A stretch of DNA of 63,112 nt. Source: Macrostomum lignano (taxonomy: Eukaryota). The stretch lies in the NCBI GenBank assembly GCA_002269645.1, contig NIVC01004043.1, positions 1 through 63,112 on the forward strand, in the 5' to 3' direction. A program made the translations under genes and the position numbers. The notes beneath the pieces are model-generated. The model had not been told where the DNA came from. It saw nothing but the letters and a program-made list of their open reading frames with translations, and searched no databases. Shown here piece by piece: positions 1 to 12,800 of this stretch (positions within the stretch are counted from its first letter, which is position 1; each line of letters starts with the position of its first letter).

Positions 1-1459
1 TTAAATTTCGTTCATAGTGTGCTATACTAAGGAAAAAGTAGCATGTCAAAGAGGAATTTGGAGCCTTTCCGCGGACCCAACTGTACACGTACCTCCTAGA
101 TCCTCAGGATCCTCAGAAGAACCCACGCAACTGTCCTTTCCTTCCCCATAATTTGAGACTTTAATTCCTAACACCCACCCCAATCCAAGACTTCCGGATC
201 GTCCGTGACTGCCGTGACCATCCGACGTCCATCGCGCCAAACAGCCCCGCCGTCGGCCGCGTCTGTTAAGATATTTTTCCTTTGTTGCGGTCTCCCCCAT
301 TGCTCCCCCATTTCCTAATATTTCAACCTTAACCTATTCCGTTTTAAAAATTAACCCAACTGTTAGGGCCAAGTTTAGAGGCAGCAATTCAGGGCATAGC
401 TATTCCACTCTTTGTTGCTTCCATATCTGTTTATTTATTTTCCATGAAGTGTGAGTATATGTGAGTGCGCCTGTCGCAGGGCATGGAATAGAAGCTGGGA
501 TCAGAGTGGAAGGTAACGAGTATGAACTGAATTCAATAAAATAATCATAGCAGTAACAATACCTCTAAATACAGTTTAAGTCCACCTGCACATCCCAATC
601 CCCTGCCGCATCGAATCCATCTACCAGGAGAGACTAAAATGGCGTTATCTATTATCCACCCTTGGAATCCTGGGGCTTAGAGGAATTATAGTCTAAATCG
701 CTACCTGCACTGACTGACTGTGCTTGTATGGCTCGCATAGAGAGGCCTTTAATCGGCCATTTCCTGCACAGTTGGGGTTACGCCAGGTGCAACAATTACA
801 CCCTACAATCTTTAATAGTTCCAGTCTCAGCAGAAGCCCTACTCCGGAAATCATTTCTTGTGAAGCTGTTGAATCTGTGGTAAACAAATCTTTAGCTGAG
901 CAGCCCTCAGCTGGCTATAACAGCTGTGCTGAAAAAATAATTTCCACTCGAGGGCGACTCGACCCTTGATCCGCTTTTAAAAACAATTTTTTCTCCTCGT
1001 GACTGAATTTCTGACACAGCTAGTAGGTTGCAGCTAGGATATCGGATTTGCATTAATCTGCAGCGCTTATCGACTTACAAGAAAGAATTCATTACGGAGA
1101 ACTTCGAAAGCGCCCTCATTGAGCAGGCGGTGATTTTAGACCCTCTAATTAATCGTACCTCTTTATCAAGGATTATTTGATGAGTATCGATAAATTCGAC
1201 TTTAAAGTCCAGTTCGTGATCTCACACAAACTAGCCCCTCATTTAATGCGGCTGAACTGCAGTACGTCGCTGATGCTCAGGTTGTTAATTCAATTATAGT
1301 TCCATATTACAAAATGCTTATGGCAATGATATGTTAGACTTTGACTTTGTAGTTTTTGTAGGATCAAAACCATCTAGCGGTTCACAGGGAGACAGCAGAA
1401 TCCAGGTTTTGTCGGAGAAAATTGTAAATTTGTCTTAAATATATTAAATAAGAATATCA

Positions 1460-2160
1460 GATGAGCCAGCAGGGTGTCAGATGAGACAGCGGAGTGTCAG
1501 ATGAGACAGCGGAGTGTCAGATGAGACAGCAGGGTGTCAGATGAGACAGCAGGGTGTCATATGAGACATCAGGGTGTCAGATGAGACCACAGGGTGTCAG
1601 ATGAGACCGCAGGGTGTCAGATGAGACAGCGAAGTGTCAGATGAGACAGCGAAGTGTCGGAAGAGACAGCAGGGTGTCAGATGAGACAGCAGGGTGTCAG
1701 ATGAGACCACAGGGTGTCAGATGAGACAGCAGGGCGTCAGATGAGACCACAGGGTGTCAGATGAGACCACAGGGTGTCAAATGAGACCACAGGGTGTCAG
1801 ATGAGACATCAGGGTGTCAGATGAGACCACAGGGTGTCAGATGAGACAGCAGGGTGTCATATGAGACATCAGGGTGTCAGATGAGACCACAGGGTGTCAG
1901 ATGAAACCGCAGGGTGTCAGATGAGACAGCGAAGTGTCAGATGAGACAGCGAAGTGTCGGAAGAGACAGCAGGGTGTCGAATGAGACAGCAGGGTGTCAG
2001 ATGAAACAGCAGGGTGTCAGATGAGACAGCGGAGTGTCAGATGAGACAGCAGGGTGTCAGATGAAACAGCAGGGTGTCAGATGAGACAGCGGAGTGTCAG
2101 ATGAGACATCAGGGTGTCAGATGAGACGGCAGGGTGTCAGACGCGACAGCGGGGTTTCAG
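1460..2160. repeat. Minisatellite, 20-bp unit GTCAGATGAGACAGCAGGGT, about 35 copies
   Basis: Direct tandem repetition visible in the sequence; boundaries approximate. Confidence 0.95.
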
Positions 2161-2602
2161 AGAAGACGATAGGGAGTCGGAGACGAGAGCATGCAAAATC
2201 GATAGATATGCTCCAACAACGTAATTTACAATCTGTTTGGCGGTCTCACAAAACTATTGATATAATTTCTGAAACAAATTATTCCCGAATTCGCCTTTCA
2301 CAATCACTGAATAGGATTTTGAAAGAACTGCCTTGCATCGCAGGCATGATAAACTCAGCCTCTTGGCACCCCGCTCTCTGCAGGGAGTCCCAGCTGGCTG
2401 CTTCGCCTGATCTTAACAAAAAGGCAGACGTCGTTTTGTTAGACGTCATTTGAAGCCGTCAACATCACGTGACTTTGATTTTATCTCAAAGAGCAATCCG
2501 ATATCTGCTCTTTGCGAATGGCTCTTGTTCCGCAATCAGCCATGCGAAACTAAGGATTCCTTGTTGCTGGGATGATTGCTGTGGTGAAAGTGTAGCGTGA
2601 CT

Positions 2603-3060
2603 ACCTGCAAGCCTGGGGCATCAGAGCTGCAAGACTGGGGCGTCAGAGCTGCAAGCCTGGGCGCCAGAGCTGCAAGACTGGGGCATCAGAGCTGCAAGAC
2701 TGGGGCGTCAGAGCTGCAAGACTGGGGCGCCAGAGCTGCAAGACTGGGGCGCAAGAGCTGCAAGACTGGGGCGTCAGAGCTGCAAGACTGGGGCATCAGA
2801 GCTGCAAGACTGGGGCGTCCGAGCTGCAAGACTGGGGCGTCCGAGCTGCAAGACTGGGGCATCAGAGCTGCAAGACTGGGGCGTCAGAGCTGCAAGACTG
2901 GGGCGTCAGAGCTGCAAGACTGGGGCGTCCGAGCTGCAAGACTGGGGCGTCCGAGCTGCAAGACTGGGGCATCAGAGCTGCAAGACTGGGGCGTCAGAGC
3001 TGCAAGACTGGGGCGTCAGAGCTGCAAGACTGGGGCATCAGAGCTGCAAGACTGGGGCGC
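2603..3060. repeat. Minisatellite, 22-bp unit AGAGCTGCAAGACTGGGGCGTC
   Basis: Tandem repeats; the 22-aa periodicity of ORF 2597..3166 equals three units. Confidence 0.95.
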
Positions 3061-3367
3061 AAAAAACTTAGCGAAAATTCTGAAAGGTGCATCAAAGGTT
3101 TTTTTAAGCCTAATAACCTCTTATTTACAAATGCATCTTTTAGCCCAGATTTTCTTCTGGCATTAGTTGTAGAAATTTTCTTAATTGCAGGAAAATGACT
3201 AAGGAAGCTGAAGCTTCTACCGAAGTAATTTTATAAAGCCTTCGATTTATTTTGAGTCGATGTTGAGTTGCTCTTAAAACGCGAACATAATTCCGTTTGA
3301 AGCTGTGCCTCCCGACAGTAAACGCTTCAGTGAACAACTTTACAAGGATGCAAGATGTTGGCTTGAT

Positions 3368-4090
3368 CTACTCACAAAATGACAGCACTTGTAGGATAAC
3401 CTACTCACAAATGACAGCACTTGGTGGATAACCTACTCACAAATAACAGCACTTGTAGGATGACCTACTCACAAATGACAGCACTTGGTGGATAACCTAC
3501 TCACAAATAACAGCACTTGTAGGATGACCTACTCACAAATGACAAAACATGTAGGATAACCTACTCACAAATGACAGCACAATTGTAGGATAACCTACTC
3601 ACAAATGACATCACTTGTAGGATAACCTACTCACAAATGACATCACTTGTAAAATGACCTACTCACAAATGACATCACTTGTAGGATGACCTACTCACAA
3701 ATGACATCACTTGTAGGATAACCTACTCACAAATGACATCACTTGTAAAATGACCTACTCACAAATGACATCACTTGTAGGATGACCTACTCACAAATGA
3801 CATCACTTGTAGGATGACCTACTCACAAATGACTGCACTTGTAGGTTAACCTACTCACAAATGACATCACTTGTAGGATGACCTACTCACAAATGACTGC
3901 ACTTGTAGGTTAACCTACTCACAAATGACAGCACTTGTAGGATGACCTACTCACAAATGACTGCACTTGTAGGATGACCTACTCACAAATGACTGCACTT
4001 GTAGGATGACCTACTCACAAATTACTGCAATTGTAGGTTAACCTACTCACAAATGACAGCACTTGTAGGATAACCTACTCACAAAGACAG
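3368..4090. repeat. Minisatellite, about 32-bp unit ACCTACTCACAAATGACAGCACTTGTAGGATG
   Basis: Tandem repeats seen directly. Confidence 0.95.
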
Positions 4091-4652
4091 CTCCTGTATG
4101 ATAAAAGGCATGAACACAAATGAATATTTTAAAACGGCATTATTTATTATCATCTCCATTTGTAAAAGTGGTTTGTAATCACTGATTTTGGTTAAAATTT
4201 TCTTTCTTTCAATTCTTCATTAAAATCACCAGCAACAAAACAGAATAATTAATCACTGAACAAACAAAGAAACAAATAAAAATTTAATTTGTTTTCTCTT
4301 ACAGGTGATTAACAAAAACTCATTTATGCTGCAGACGCATGGGGATTCAGTAGAACTTAGCTGCTCCTAAGTCACTCATAACCCTTTGAATATCTCTTAG
4401 CCTCTCGAGAGTAGCTCATCCCCTACCCAGCCTCTCCACCTCATCCTCCGCGATTCAGCCTCAGCAACCGCCTTCTCCGAATCCAATTTTGCAACCGGAT
4501 TGGCTGCTCTCGCTCCCTGGGTTTTAAGCCGCTTCAGCACATACGCATGCACGGATGAAGAACGGTAGCTCTCTCTATATATTTACCTATGTAGGCACAA
4601 AACAAAGAAGTCTTTACTTGCACGAAATCTTTTAGCTGGCCTAGAGCACAAT

Positions 4653-6295
4653 ATGGATTGGCAACGACGAGCTTGCAGCTGCTTTGACGTCAAACTACAA
4701 CAGAATCGGCGGCGGCGTCAGCAACTTCAGCAATATCAGCAGCCCAGTGAAACGGTTCGCTCACCCACTGGAGCCGTACTTCTACCTGCCATTGTCCAGC
4801 GTGAATTGCTGCCTGTCTGTACTGGCGTTTGCCCATTTTCTCGCCGAGGTCGCAGCGTGCACCCAGTGCTGCGCCGCCTGGTCGCCATGTCCCTGTTCGA
4901 GCTGCTGTTTCACAGCTGCGTGATCGCCTCCTACCTGCCTGCCGCCATGTTGCCCGCCTCGGCTGACCAATCTGCGGAGACTCCGGCGCCAATTTTGGTG
5001 CTGCTGTGCGCGCTTCGCGCCGCACTGTGCATGCGCAATTGGACGATGTGCCTCGTGTCCTGGTCGCGCGTAGAAGCGGTCTTTCGTCCGTTGACGTCGC
5101 AGCGAGGCACAGCGTTTCGTCTGGCTTACCTGGTTGTCATGGAAACCGGTATCGGCTGTGTAGCTATGACGCTTAGCGTTGCCATGGTGATGGCGCAGGA
5201 TGGGCAGCTGAAAAGTCAGTATTTAAGTTTGAGTCAGGCACGGGCGATCGAATTTGCATTCTACGCTTTCCAGGTGAGGTCAGGTGATGCCTAATGCGCA
5301 TTTTTAGGGGAAGGGTTTAGCTCGAAATTATAGTGCTAATGCTGAGACACACGCTGATGTAAACTGCAGCCATCTGTCATCCCCTTCTAACCTTTTAACC
5401 TTTTTAACCCTACTATGGGATCCATAGTAATAGGATGGGATGGGATCCATATAGTATGTTATAGGATCCAAAGTACAGATGGGATCTATAGTATGTTATA
5501 TGATCCATAGTAATAGGATGGGATGCATAGTATGGGAAAGCAGGATCAACAATATCTGCTGAGATCAATTATACCCAGAGGGGGGCCGAAAACCGCTAGT
5601 CTAATATACTAAACCTTATCACCCACCCAACCGGTGCTGCAGGGCCTGCTCCCGATCGTGTCAATATTCGTGGCACCTGCATCACGGTGCGGGTGCTGCG
5701 CCAGGCCTCCGCGGCTCGAAGCCGCTTGGCTCCGGCCAGGCGAACCCGGCCACCCGCCGACATGCGGCACTGCCGCCGACAGAGCCGGCGAGAACGGCAA
5801 GCGATTCGCATTATCGTGGCCCTGTCAGTCAGCTGTTTAATCCTGGAGAGTCCCACCGATCTCTGCGGCTTTGTTGAGGACAAAGCGCCGCTCACGGAAC
5901 TGGTAGTGAACACACTGGTTGAGTTGGACTCGCTGTTCAACTTCCTACTGCTGGCCTGCACCACGGATTTCGGTCGCCGGCTGGTCTGTCGTTGCCGCGA
6001 AGGCCTGGCCAACTTCTGCTGCTGGCATCGGCGTCGCCAATGGCGTCAGCGGCCTCGGCTGGTCCGGTTCAGCGAGCCGCTCAGTCAGGACTGCGAGGAG
6101 CAGCCGCGGAGAGACAAGAAGTCGGCTGGTCTTATACCGGTTTTCAGCAGAGACGGCAATCAGCAGCAGCATGTGCGCCTGCTGCCACCAGGAGGCCGTG
6201 GCTGCCTTCAGGGGACCCGCAGTGCCAGTCCCAGCCCTAGCCCGACTCCCATGCTGGTCGAGGCTGTCTGCCTGGTGTACGAGACCTCCGTGTGA
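4653..6295 (+). pseudogene. Divergent class A (rhodopsin-like, peptide-receptor-like orphan) GPCR. Two exons (about 4653-5273 and 5643-6295) with at least two 1-nt frameshifts; pseudogene or assembly indels
   Basis: Seven hydrophobic segments when frames are joined: TM1 YFYLPLSSVNCCLSVLAF; TM2 LVAMSLFELLFHSCVI; TM3 CMRNWTMCLVSWSRVEAVFRPL; TM5 AIEFAFYAFQ|GLLPIVSIFV..TCITVRVLR; TM6 AIRIIVALSVSCLILESP; TM7 LVELDSLFNFLLLACTTDF. Phase-0 intron CAG|GTGAGG (5274) to CTGCAG (5642). Frame switches near 4836-4839 and 5672-5674. Confidence 0.7.
5415..5540. repeat. Short degenerate repeat (GGGATCCATAGT-like) inside the GPCR intron
   Basis: Several imperfect GATCCATAGTA/GGATGGGAT copies. Confidence 0.6.
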
Positions 6296-7152
6296 GGGAC
6301 AGTCGATGATTGATGAAAAAGACATTTGTTAAAAATCAATTTCCGGGCTTTTAAAGCCATAAAGCAAATATGAACAGAGCAGCTTAGCGTCCAAGCCTCG
6401 CGACGTCTGAGGAAATTCTGCCCATTTCCTCTGACTGCTGAGCACATGCAAGCTCAGGCACGGCACTCAAACACGCGCTCACTCAGGGTGCACAGCGGGC
6501 CTGACTTTCTAATCGTCTGCATGTACATTCTCTGTGTTTTGTGGGTTGGTTCTCCTGGGTGCGAATCGCACGGTACAACCCACAAGACAATTTTAAGCCC
6601 AAAAGCTCCCTTTGGCTCCAGTGTCCTCAACATTTTTAGAGCAAATCAAGAAATTTTCAATTCAATCAGTTATGAAGTCATTTTTCAACAAAAAAACACG
6701 AGCTACGACTTAGATCACGAATTTTAAAAAGTGAAATACGAGCACGAGCGAACGTCACGTCACGAAGAACGTTTTCGTGCCCGGAATCGGTTTAGTCCAG
6801 TATTTAATACGCAGTTTTTATCTCAAATATCGCAGCGGTAATAGGAGTTGCCGATGATAGTTAACATTCGATTGACCTTTCGTCTCAAGGTATATAGCAT
6901 CTCTTAGATGTCTCGTTCAGCTAATTGGAACAGATAATATTTTAGTTATTAGCTGAATTTCAAATTTTTACCGGTACATTGCATTCTGTTTGATTTTTGC
7001 TACTTTACTGGTTAACACAAGCCTTGATTCACTTTTTTACGTTTCTGCTCATCCCATAGGTTGAGGCTTGATTCGAGAGTCTGTCAAGTAAGCTTTAGAG
7101 AGAGCTGGCAATTCTAGCCGCGTTGGGGGTAATTAAGGATGCAGCAAAAACA

Positions 7153-8700
7153 GCTACCCCATGAGCCTCGGCACCTTAGCAATTCCCCCATGAGCCTCGG
7201 CACCTCAGCAATTCCCCCATGAGCCTCGGCACCTCAGCAATTCCCCCATGAGCCTCGACATCCCAGCAATTCCCCCCTGAGCCTTGACATCCCAGCAATT
7301 CCCCATGAGCCTCGGCACCTCAGCAATTCCCCATGAGCCTCGGCACCTCAGCAATTCCCCATGAGCCTCGACATCCCAGCAATTCCCCCATGAGCCTTGG
7401 CACCTCAGCAATTCCCCCCCCCCTGAGCCTTGACATCCCAGCAATTCCGCCATGAGCCTCGGCACCTCAGCAATTCCCCCATGAGCCTCGGTACCTCAGC
7501 AATTCCCCCATGAGCCTCGGCACCTCAGCAATTCCCCCATGAGCCTCGCACCTCAGCAATTCCCCCATGAGCCTCGGCACCTCAGCAATTCCCCCATGAG
7601 CCTCGGCACCTCAGCAATTCCCCCATGAGCCTCGGCACCTCAGCAATTCCCCATGAGCCTCGGCACCTCAGCAATTCCCCCATGAGCCTCGGCACCTCAG
7701 CAATTCCCCATGAGCCTCGGCACCTCAGCAATTCCCCCATGAGCCTCGGCACCTCAGCAATTCCCCAATGAGCCTCGGCACCTCAGCAATTCCCCCATGA
7801 GCCTCGGCACCTCAGCAATTCCCCATGAGCCTCGGCACCTCAGCAATTCCCCCATGAGCCTCGGCACCTCAGCAATTCCCCCATGAGCCTCGGCACCTCA
7901 GCAATTCCCCCATGAGCCTCGGCACCTCAGCAATTCCCCATGAGCCTCGGCACCTCAGCAATTCCCCAATGAGTCTTGACATCCCAGCAATTCCCCATGA
8001 GTCTTGACATCCCAGCAATTCCCCATGAGCCTGGACATCCCAGCAATTCCCCATGAGCCTCGACATCCCAGCAATTCCCCATGAGCCTCAGCACTTCAGC
8101 AATTCCCCCATGAGCCCTGACATCCCAGCAATTCCCCCTGAGCCTTGACATCCCAGCAATTCCCCCTGAGCCTTGACATCCAAGCAATTCCCCATGAGCC
8201 TCGGCACCTCAGCAATTCCCCATGAGCCTCGGCACCTCAGCAATTCCCCCATGAGCCTCGACATCCCAGCAATTCCCCCATGAGCCTTGGTACCTCAGCA
8301 ATTCCCCCCCCCCTGAGCCTTGACATCCCAGCAATTCCTTCCTGAGCCTTAACATCCCAGCAATTCCCCCATGAGCCTCGGCACCTCAGCAATTCCCCCA
8401 TGAGCCTCGGCACCTCAGCAATTCCCCCATGAGCCTCGGCACCTCAGCAATTCCCCATGAGCCTCGGCACCTCAGCAATTCCCCCATGAGCCTCGGCACC
8501 TCAGCAATTCCCCCATGAGCCTCGGCACCTCAGCAATTCCCCCATGAGCCTCGGCACCTCAGCAATTCCCCAATGAGTCTTGACATCCCAGCAATTCCCC
8601 ATGAGCCTTGACATCCCAGCAATTCCCCATGAGCCTTGACATCCCAGCAATTCCCCATGAGCCTTGACATCCCAGCAATTTCCCATGAGCCTGGACATCT
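7153..8700. repeat. Minisatellite, 29-30 bp unit CCATGAGCCTCGGCACCTCAGCAATTCCC with a TTGACATCCC variant
   Basis: Tandem repeats with two interleaved unit variants. Confidence 0.95.
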
Positions 8701-9245
8701 CAGAAATTGCTTTCTCTCTTGAGCCAAGTCATCTCACAATTTGAAAGCACATTTAGCTGTGATTATATCAAATCTACTGTCTGTTTGTATCCTCAACGCG
8801 CGTACTCTAATAAGCAAAAGCCGGCTCCAAAGGAACCGTTCGAACGTCGAGCTGCAGTGACTAATTTTGAGTATTGTACTAGGAAAAATCTAAAAAAAAC
8901 GAAATTTCAACAACTGATTTAAACAAATATCGCGAGCCAATCAAGCATAGGATTACGACAAAGTAGATTGTTTCTCCGCCCGTTTCTCTAGAAAAATAGA
9001 TATATTTTTTCAGAGTTGCTCTATAGAAGCTTATTGTTTTATCTTTGCTGTATTTCTGTATTCGTTTTTTCCAGCTCCCTTTTCTGTCCGATGAAGCATG
9101 TCATATCCGTTTAACTGTTTATTTTCTTACAGATGAGCGAAATTTTAACGGTGAATTGTTCGTTGCAACTCGTACAGTAAATGCAATGTTTACCCATTTC
9201 AAGCGCAGTGCAGTGAATGTCAATTATGTAGTAAACTTATTTTTC

Positions 9246-9510
9246 ATCATCGGGAATCTTAAAAGGAATCATCGGGAATCTTAAAAGGAATCATCGGGAA
9301 TCTTAAAAGGAATCATCGGGAATCTTAACAGGAATCATCGGGAATCTTAAAAGGAATCATCGGGAATCTTAACAGGAATCATCTGGAATCTTAAAAGGAA
9401 TCATCGGGAATCTTAACAGGAATCATCGGGAATCTTAACAGGAATCATCGGGAATCTTAACAGGAATCATCGGGAATCTTAACAGGAATCATCGGGAATA
9501 TTAACAGGAA
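9246..9510. repeat. Minisatellite, 22-bp unit AGGAATCATCGGGAATCTTAA(A/C)
   Basis: About 12 tandem copies. Confidence 0.95.
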
Positions 9511-9814
9511 CCATTGAGAAATCTAAAGGAAACGATTTTGAAATTGTCGCGAGCCATTAACCATCATGCATTAACACAGTGATACTAACACTGATTATTC
9601 ATAAATCAATTCCATTTGCATCTTTTCAGTTGACCGCCATCTTATTAGACAGAGCCCATTTGTATTTCCCGGTCAAAAGAGACCATCTTAGCAAGCCAGA
9701 AAGACAGCGAAAAAGAATTTACAAAACCTATTAAACAAAAGGTCTCACTTATACGCTCGTAGTTGCATTGATTCTCAACTATCAAAGAGGCACTGACCTA
9801 AAATATCATTTCAT

Positions 9815-12800
9815 ACAGGTGACACTATCAGATGGTGCCCTACTCAATCCTACAGGTGACACTAACAGGTGCCCTACTCAATCCTACAGGTGATACTAAC
9901 AGGTACCCTACTCAATCCTATAGGTGGTGCCCTACTCAGTCCTATAGGTGACACTAACAGGTACCCTACGCAATCCTACAGGTGACACTAACAGATGGTG
10001 CCCTACTCTATCCTACAGGTGACACTAACAGGTGGTGCCCTACTCAATCCTACAGGTGGTGCCCTATTCAATCCTACAGGTGACACTAACAGGTGCCCTA
10101 CTCAATCCTACAGGTGGTGCCCTACTCAATCCTACAGGTGACACTAACAGGTGCCCTACTCAATCCTACAGGTGACACTAACAGGTACCCTACTCAATTC
10201 TACAGGTGACACTAACAGGTGCCCTACTCAATCCTACAGGTGACACTAACAGATGGTGCCCTACTCAATCCTACAGGTGACACTAACAGGTGGTGCCCTA
10301 CTCAATCCTACAGGTGACACTAGCAGGTGGTGCCCTACTCAATCCTACAGGTTATACTAACAGGTACCCTACTCAATCCTACAGGTGACACTAACAGGTA
10401 CCCTACTCAATTATACAGGTGACACTAACAGGTGCCCTACTCAATCCTACAGGTGACACTAACAGGTGGTGCCCTACTCAATCCTACAGGTGACACTAAC
10501 AGGTACCCTACTCAATCCTACAGGTGACACTAACAGGTGGTGCCCTACTCAATCCTACAGGTGGTGCCCTACTCAATCCTACAGGTGACAATAACAGGTA
10601 CCCTACTCAATCCTACAGGTGACACTAACAGGTACCCTACTCAATTATACAGGTGACACTAACAGATGGTGCCCTACTCAATCCTACAAGTGACACTAAC
10701 AGGTGCCCTACTCAATCCTACAGGTGACACTAACAGGTACCCTACTCAATCCTACAGGTGACACTAACAGATGGTGCCCTACTCAATCCTACAGGTGACA
10801 CTAACAGGTACCCTACTCAATTCTACAGGTGACACTAACAGGTGCCCTACTCAATCCTACAGGTGACACTAACAGGTGGTGCCCTACTCAATCCTACAGG
10901 TGACACTAACAGGTACCCTACTCAATCCTACAGGTGACACTAACAGATGGTGCCCTACTCAATCCTACAGGTGAAACTAACAGGTGGTGCCCTACTCAAT
11001 CCTACAGGTGATACTAACAGGTGCCCTACTCAATCCTACAGGTGACACTAACAGGTACCCTACTCAATCCTACAGGTGACACTAACAGGTACCCTACTCA
11101 ATCCTACAGGTGACACTAACAGATGGTGCCCTACTCAATCCTACAGGTGACACTAACAGGTGGTGCCCTACTCAATCCTACAGGTGGTGCCCTATTCAAT
11201 CCTACAGGTGACACTAAGGTGGTGCCCTACTCAATCCTACAGGTGACACTAAGAGGTGCCCTACTCAATCCTATAGGTGACACTAACAGGTACCCTACTC
11301 AATCCTACAGGTGACACTAACAGGTGCCCTACTCAATCCTACAGGTAGTGCCCTACTCAATACTACAGGTGACACTAATAGGTACCCTACTCAGTCCTAC
11401 AGGTGACACTAACAGGTACCCTACTCAATCCTACAGGTGACACTAACAGGTACCCTACTCAATCCTACAGGTAGTGCCCTACTCAATACTACAGGTGACA
11501 CTAATAGGTACCCTACTCAATCCTACAGGTGACACTAACAAATGGTGCCCTACTCAATCCTACAGGTGACACTAACAGGTGCCCTACTCAATCCTACAGG
11601 TGACACTAACAGGTGCCCTACTCAATCCTACAGGTGGTGCCCTACTCAATCCTACAGGTGACACTAACAGGTACCCTACTCAATCCTATTGGTGGTGCCC
11701 TACTCAATCCTATAGGTGACACTAACAGGTACCCTACTCAATCCTACAGGTGACACTAACAGATGGTGCCCTACTCAATCCTACAGGTGACACTAACAAA
11801 TGGTGCCCTACTCAATCCTACAGGTGACACTAACAGGTGCCCTACTCAATCCTACAGGTGACACTAACAGGTGCCCTACTCAATCCTACAGGTGGTGCCC
11901 TACTCAATCCTACAGGTGACACTAACAGGTACCCTACTCAATCCTATTGGTGGTGCCCTACTCAATCCTATAGGTGACAGTAACAGGTACCCTACTCAAT
12001 CCTACAGGTGACACTAACAGATGGTGCCCTACTCAATCCTACAGGTGACACTAACAGGTGCCCTACTCAATCCTACAGGTGACACTAACAGGTGCCCTAC
12101 TCAATCCTACAGGTGACACTAACAGGTACCCTACTCAATCCTACAGGTGACACTAACAGATGGTGCCCTACTCAATCCTACAGGTGACACTAACAGGTGC
12201 CCTACTCAATCCTACAGGTGACACTAACAGGTGCCCTACTCAATCCTATAGGTGACACTAACAGGTACCCTACTCAATCCTACAGGTGACACTAACAGAT
12301 GGTGCCCTACTCAATCCTACAGGTGACACTAACAGGTACCCTACTCAATCCTACAGGTGACACTAACAGGTGCCCTACTCAATCCTACAGGTGGTGCCCT
12401 ACTCAATCCTACAGGTGACACTAACAGGTACCCTACTCAATCCTATTGGTGGTGCCCTACTCAATCCTATAGGTGACACTAACAGGTACCCTACTCAATC
12501 CTATAGGTGACACTAACAGGTACCCTACTCAATCCTACAGGTGACACTAACAGATGGTGCCCTACTCAATCCTACAGGTGACACTAACAGGTGCCCTACT
12601 CAATCCTACAGGTGACACTAACAGGTGGTGCCCTACTCAATCCTACAGGTGACACTAACAGGTACCCTACTCAATCCTATTGGTGGTGCCCTACTCAATC
12701 CTATAGGTGACACTAACAGGTACCCTACTCAATCCTACAGGTGACACTAACAGATGGTGCCCTACTCAATCCTACAGGTGACACTAACAGGTGCCCTACT

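Noticed and set aside
46-969. Short ORFs at the window start
   Set aside because: No recognisable motif, splice structure or domain
2597-3166. 189-aa repetitive ORF
   Set aside because: Translation of a 22-bp minisatellite; periodicity equals three units
7205-8727. Several short minus-strand ORFs
   Set aside because: Products of the 29-30 bp array
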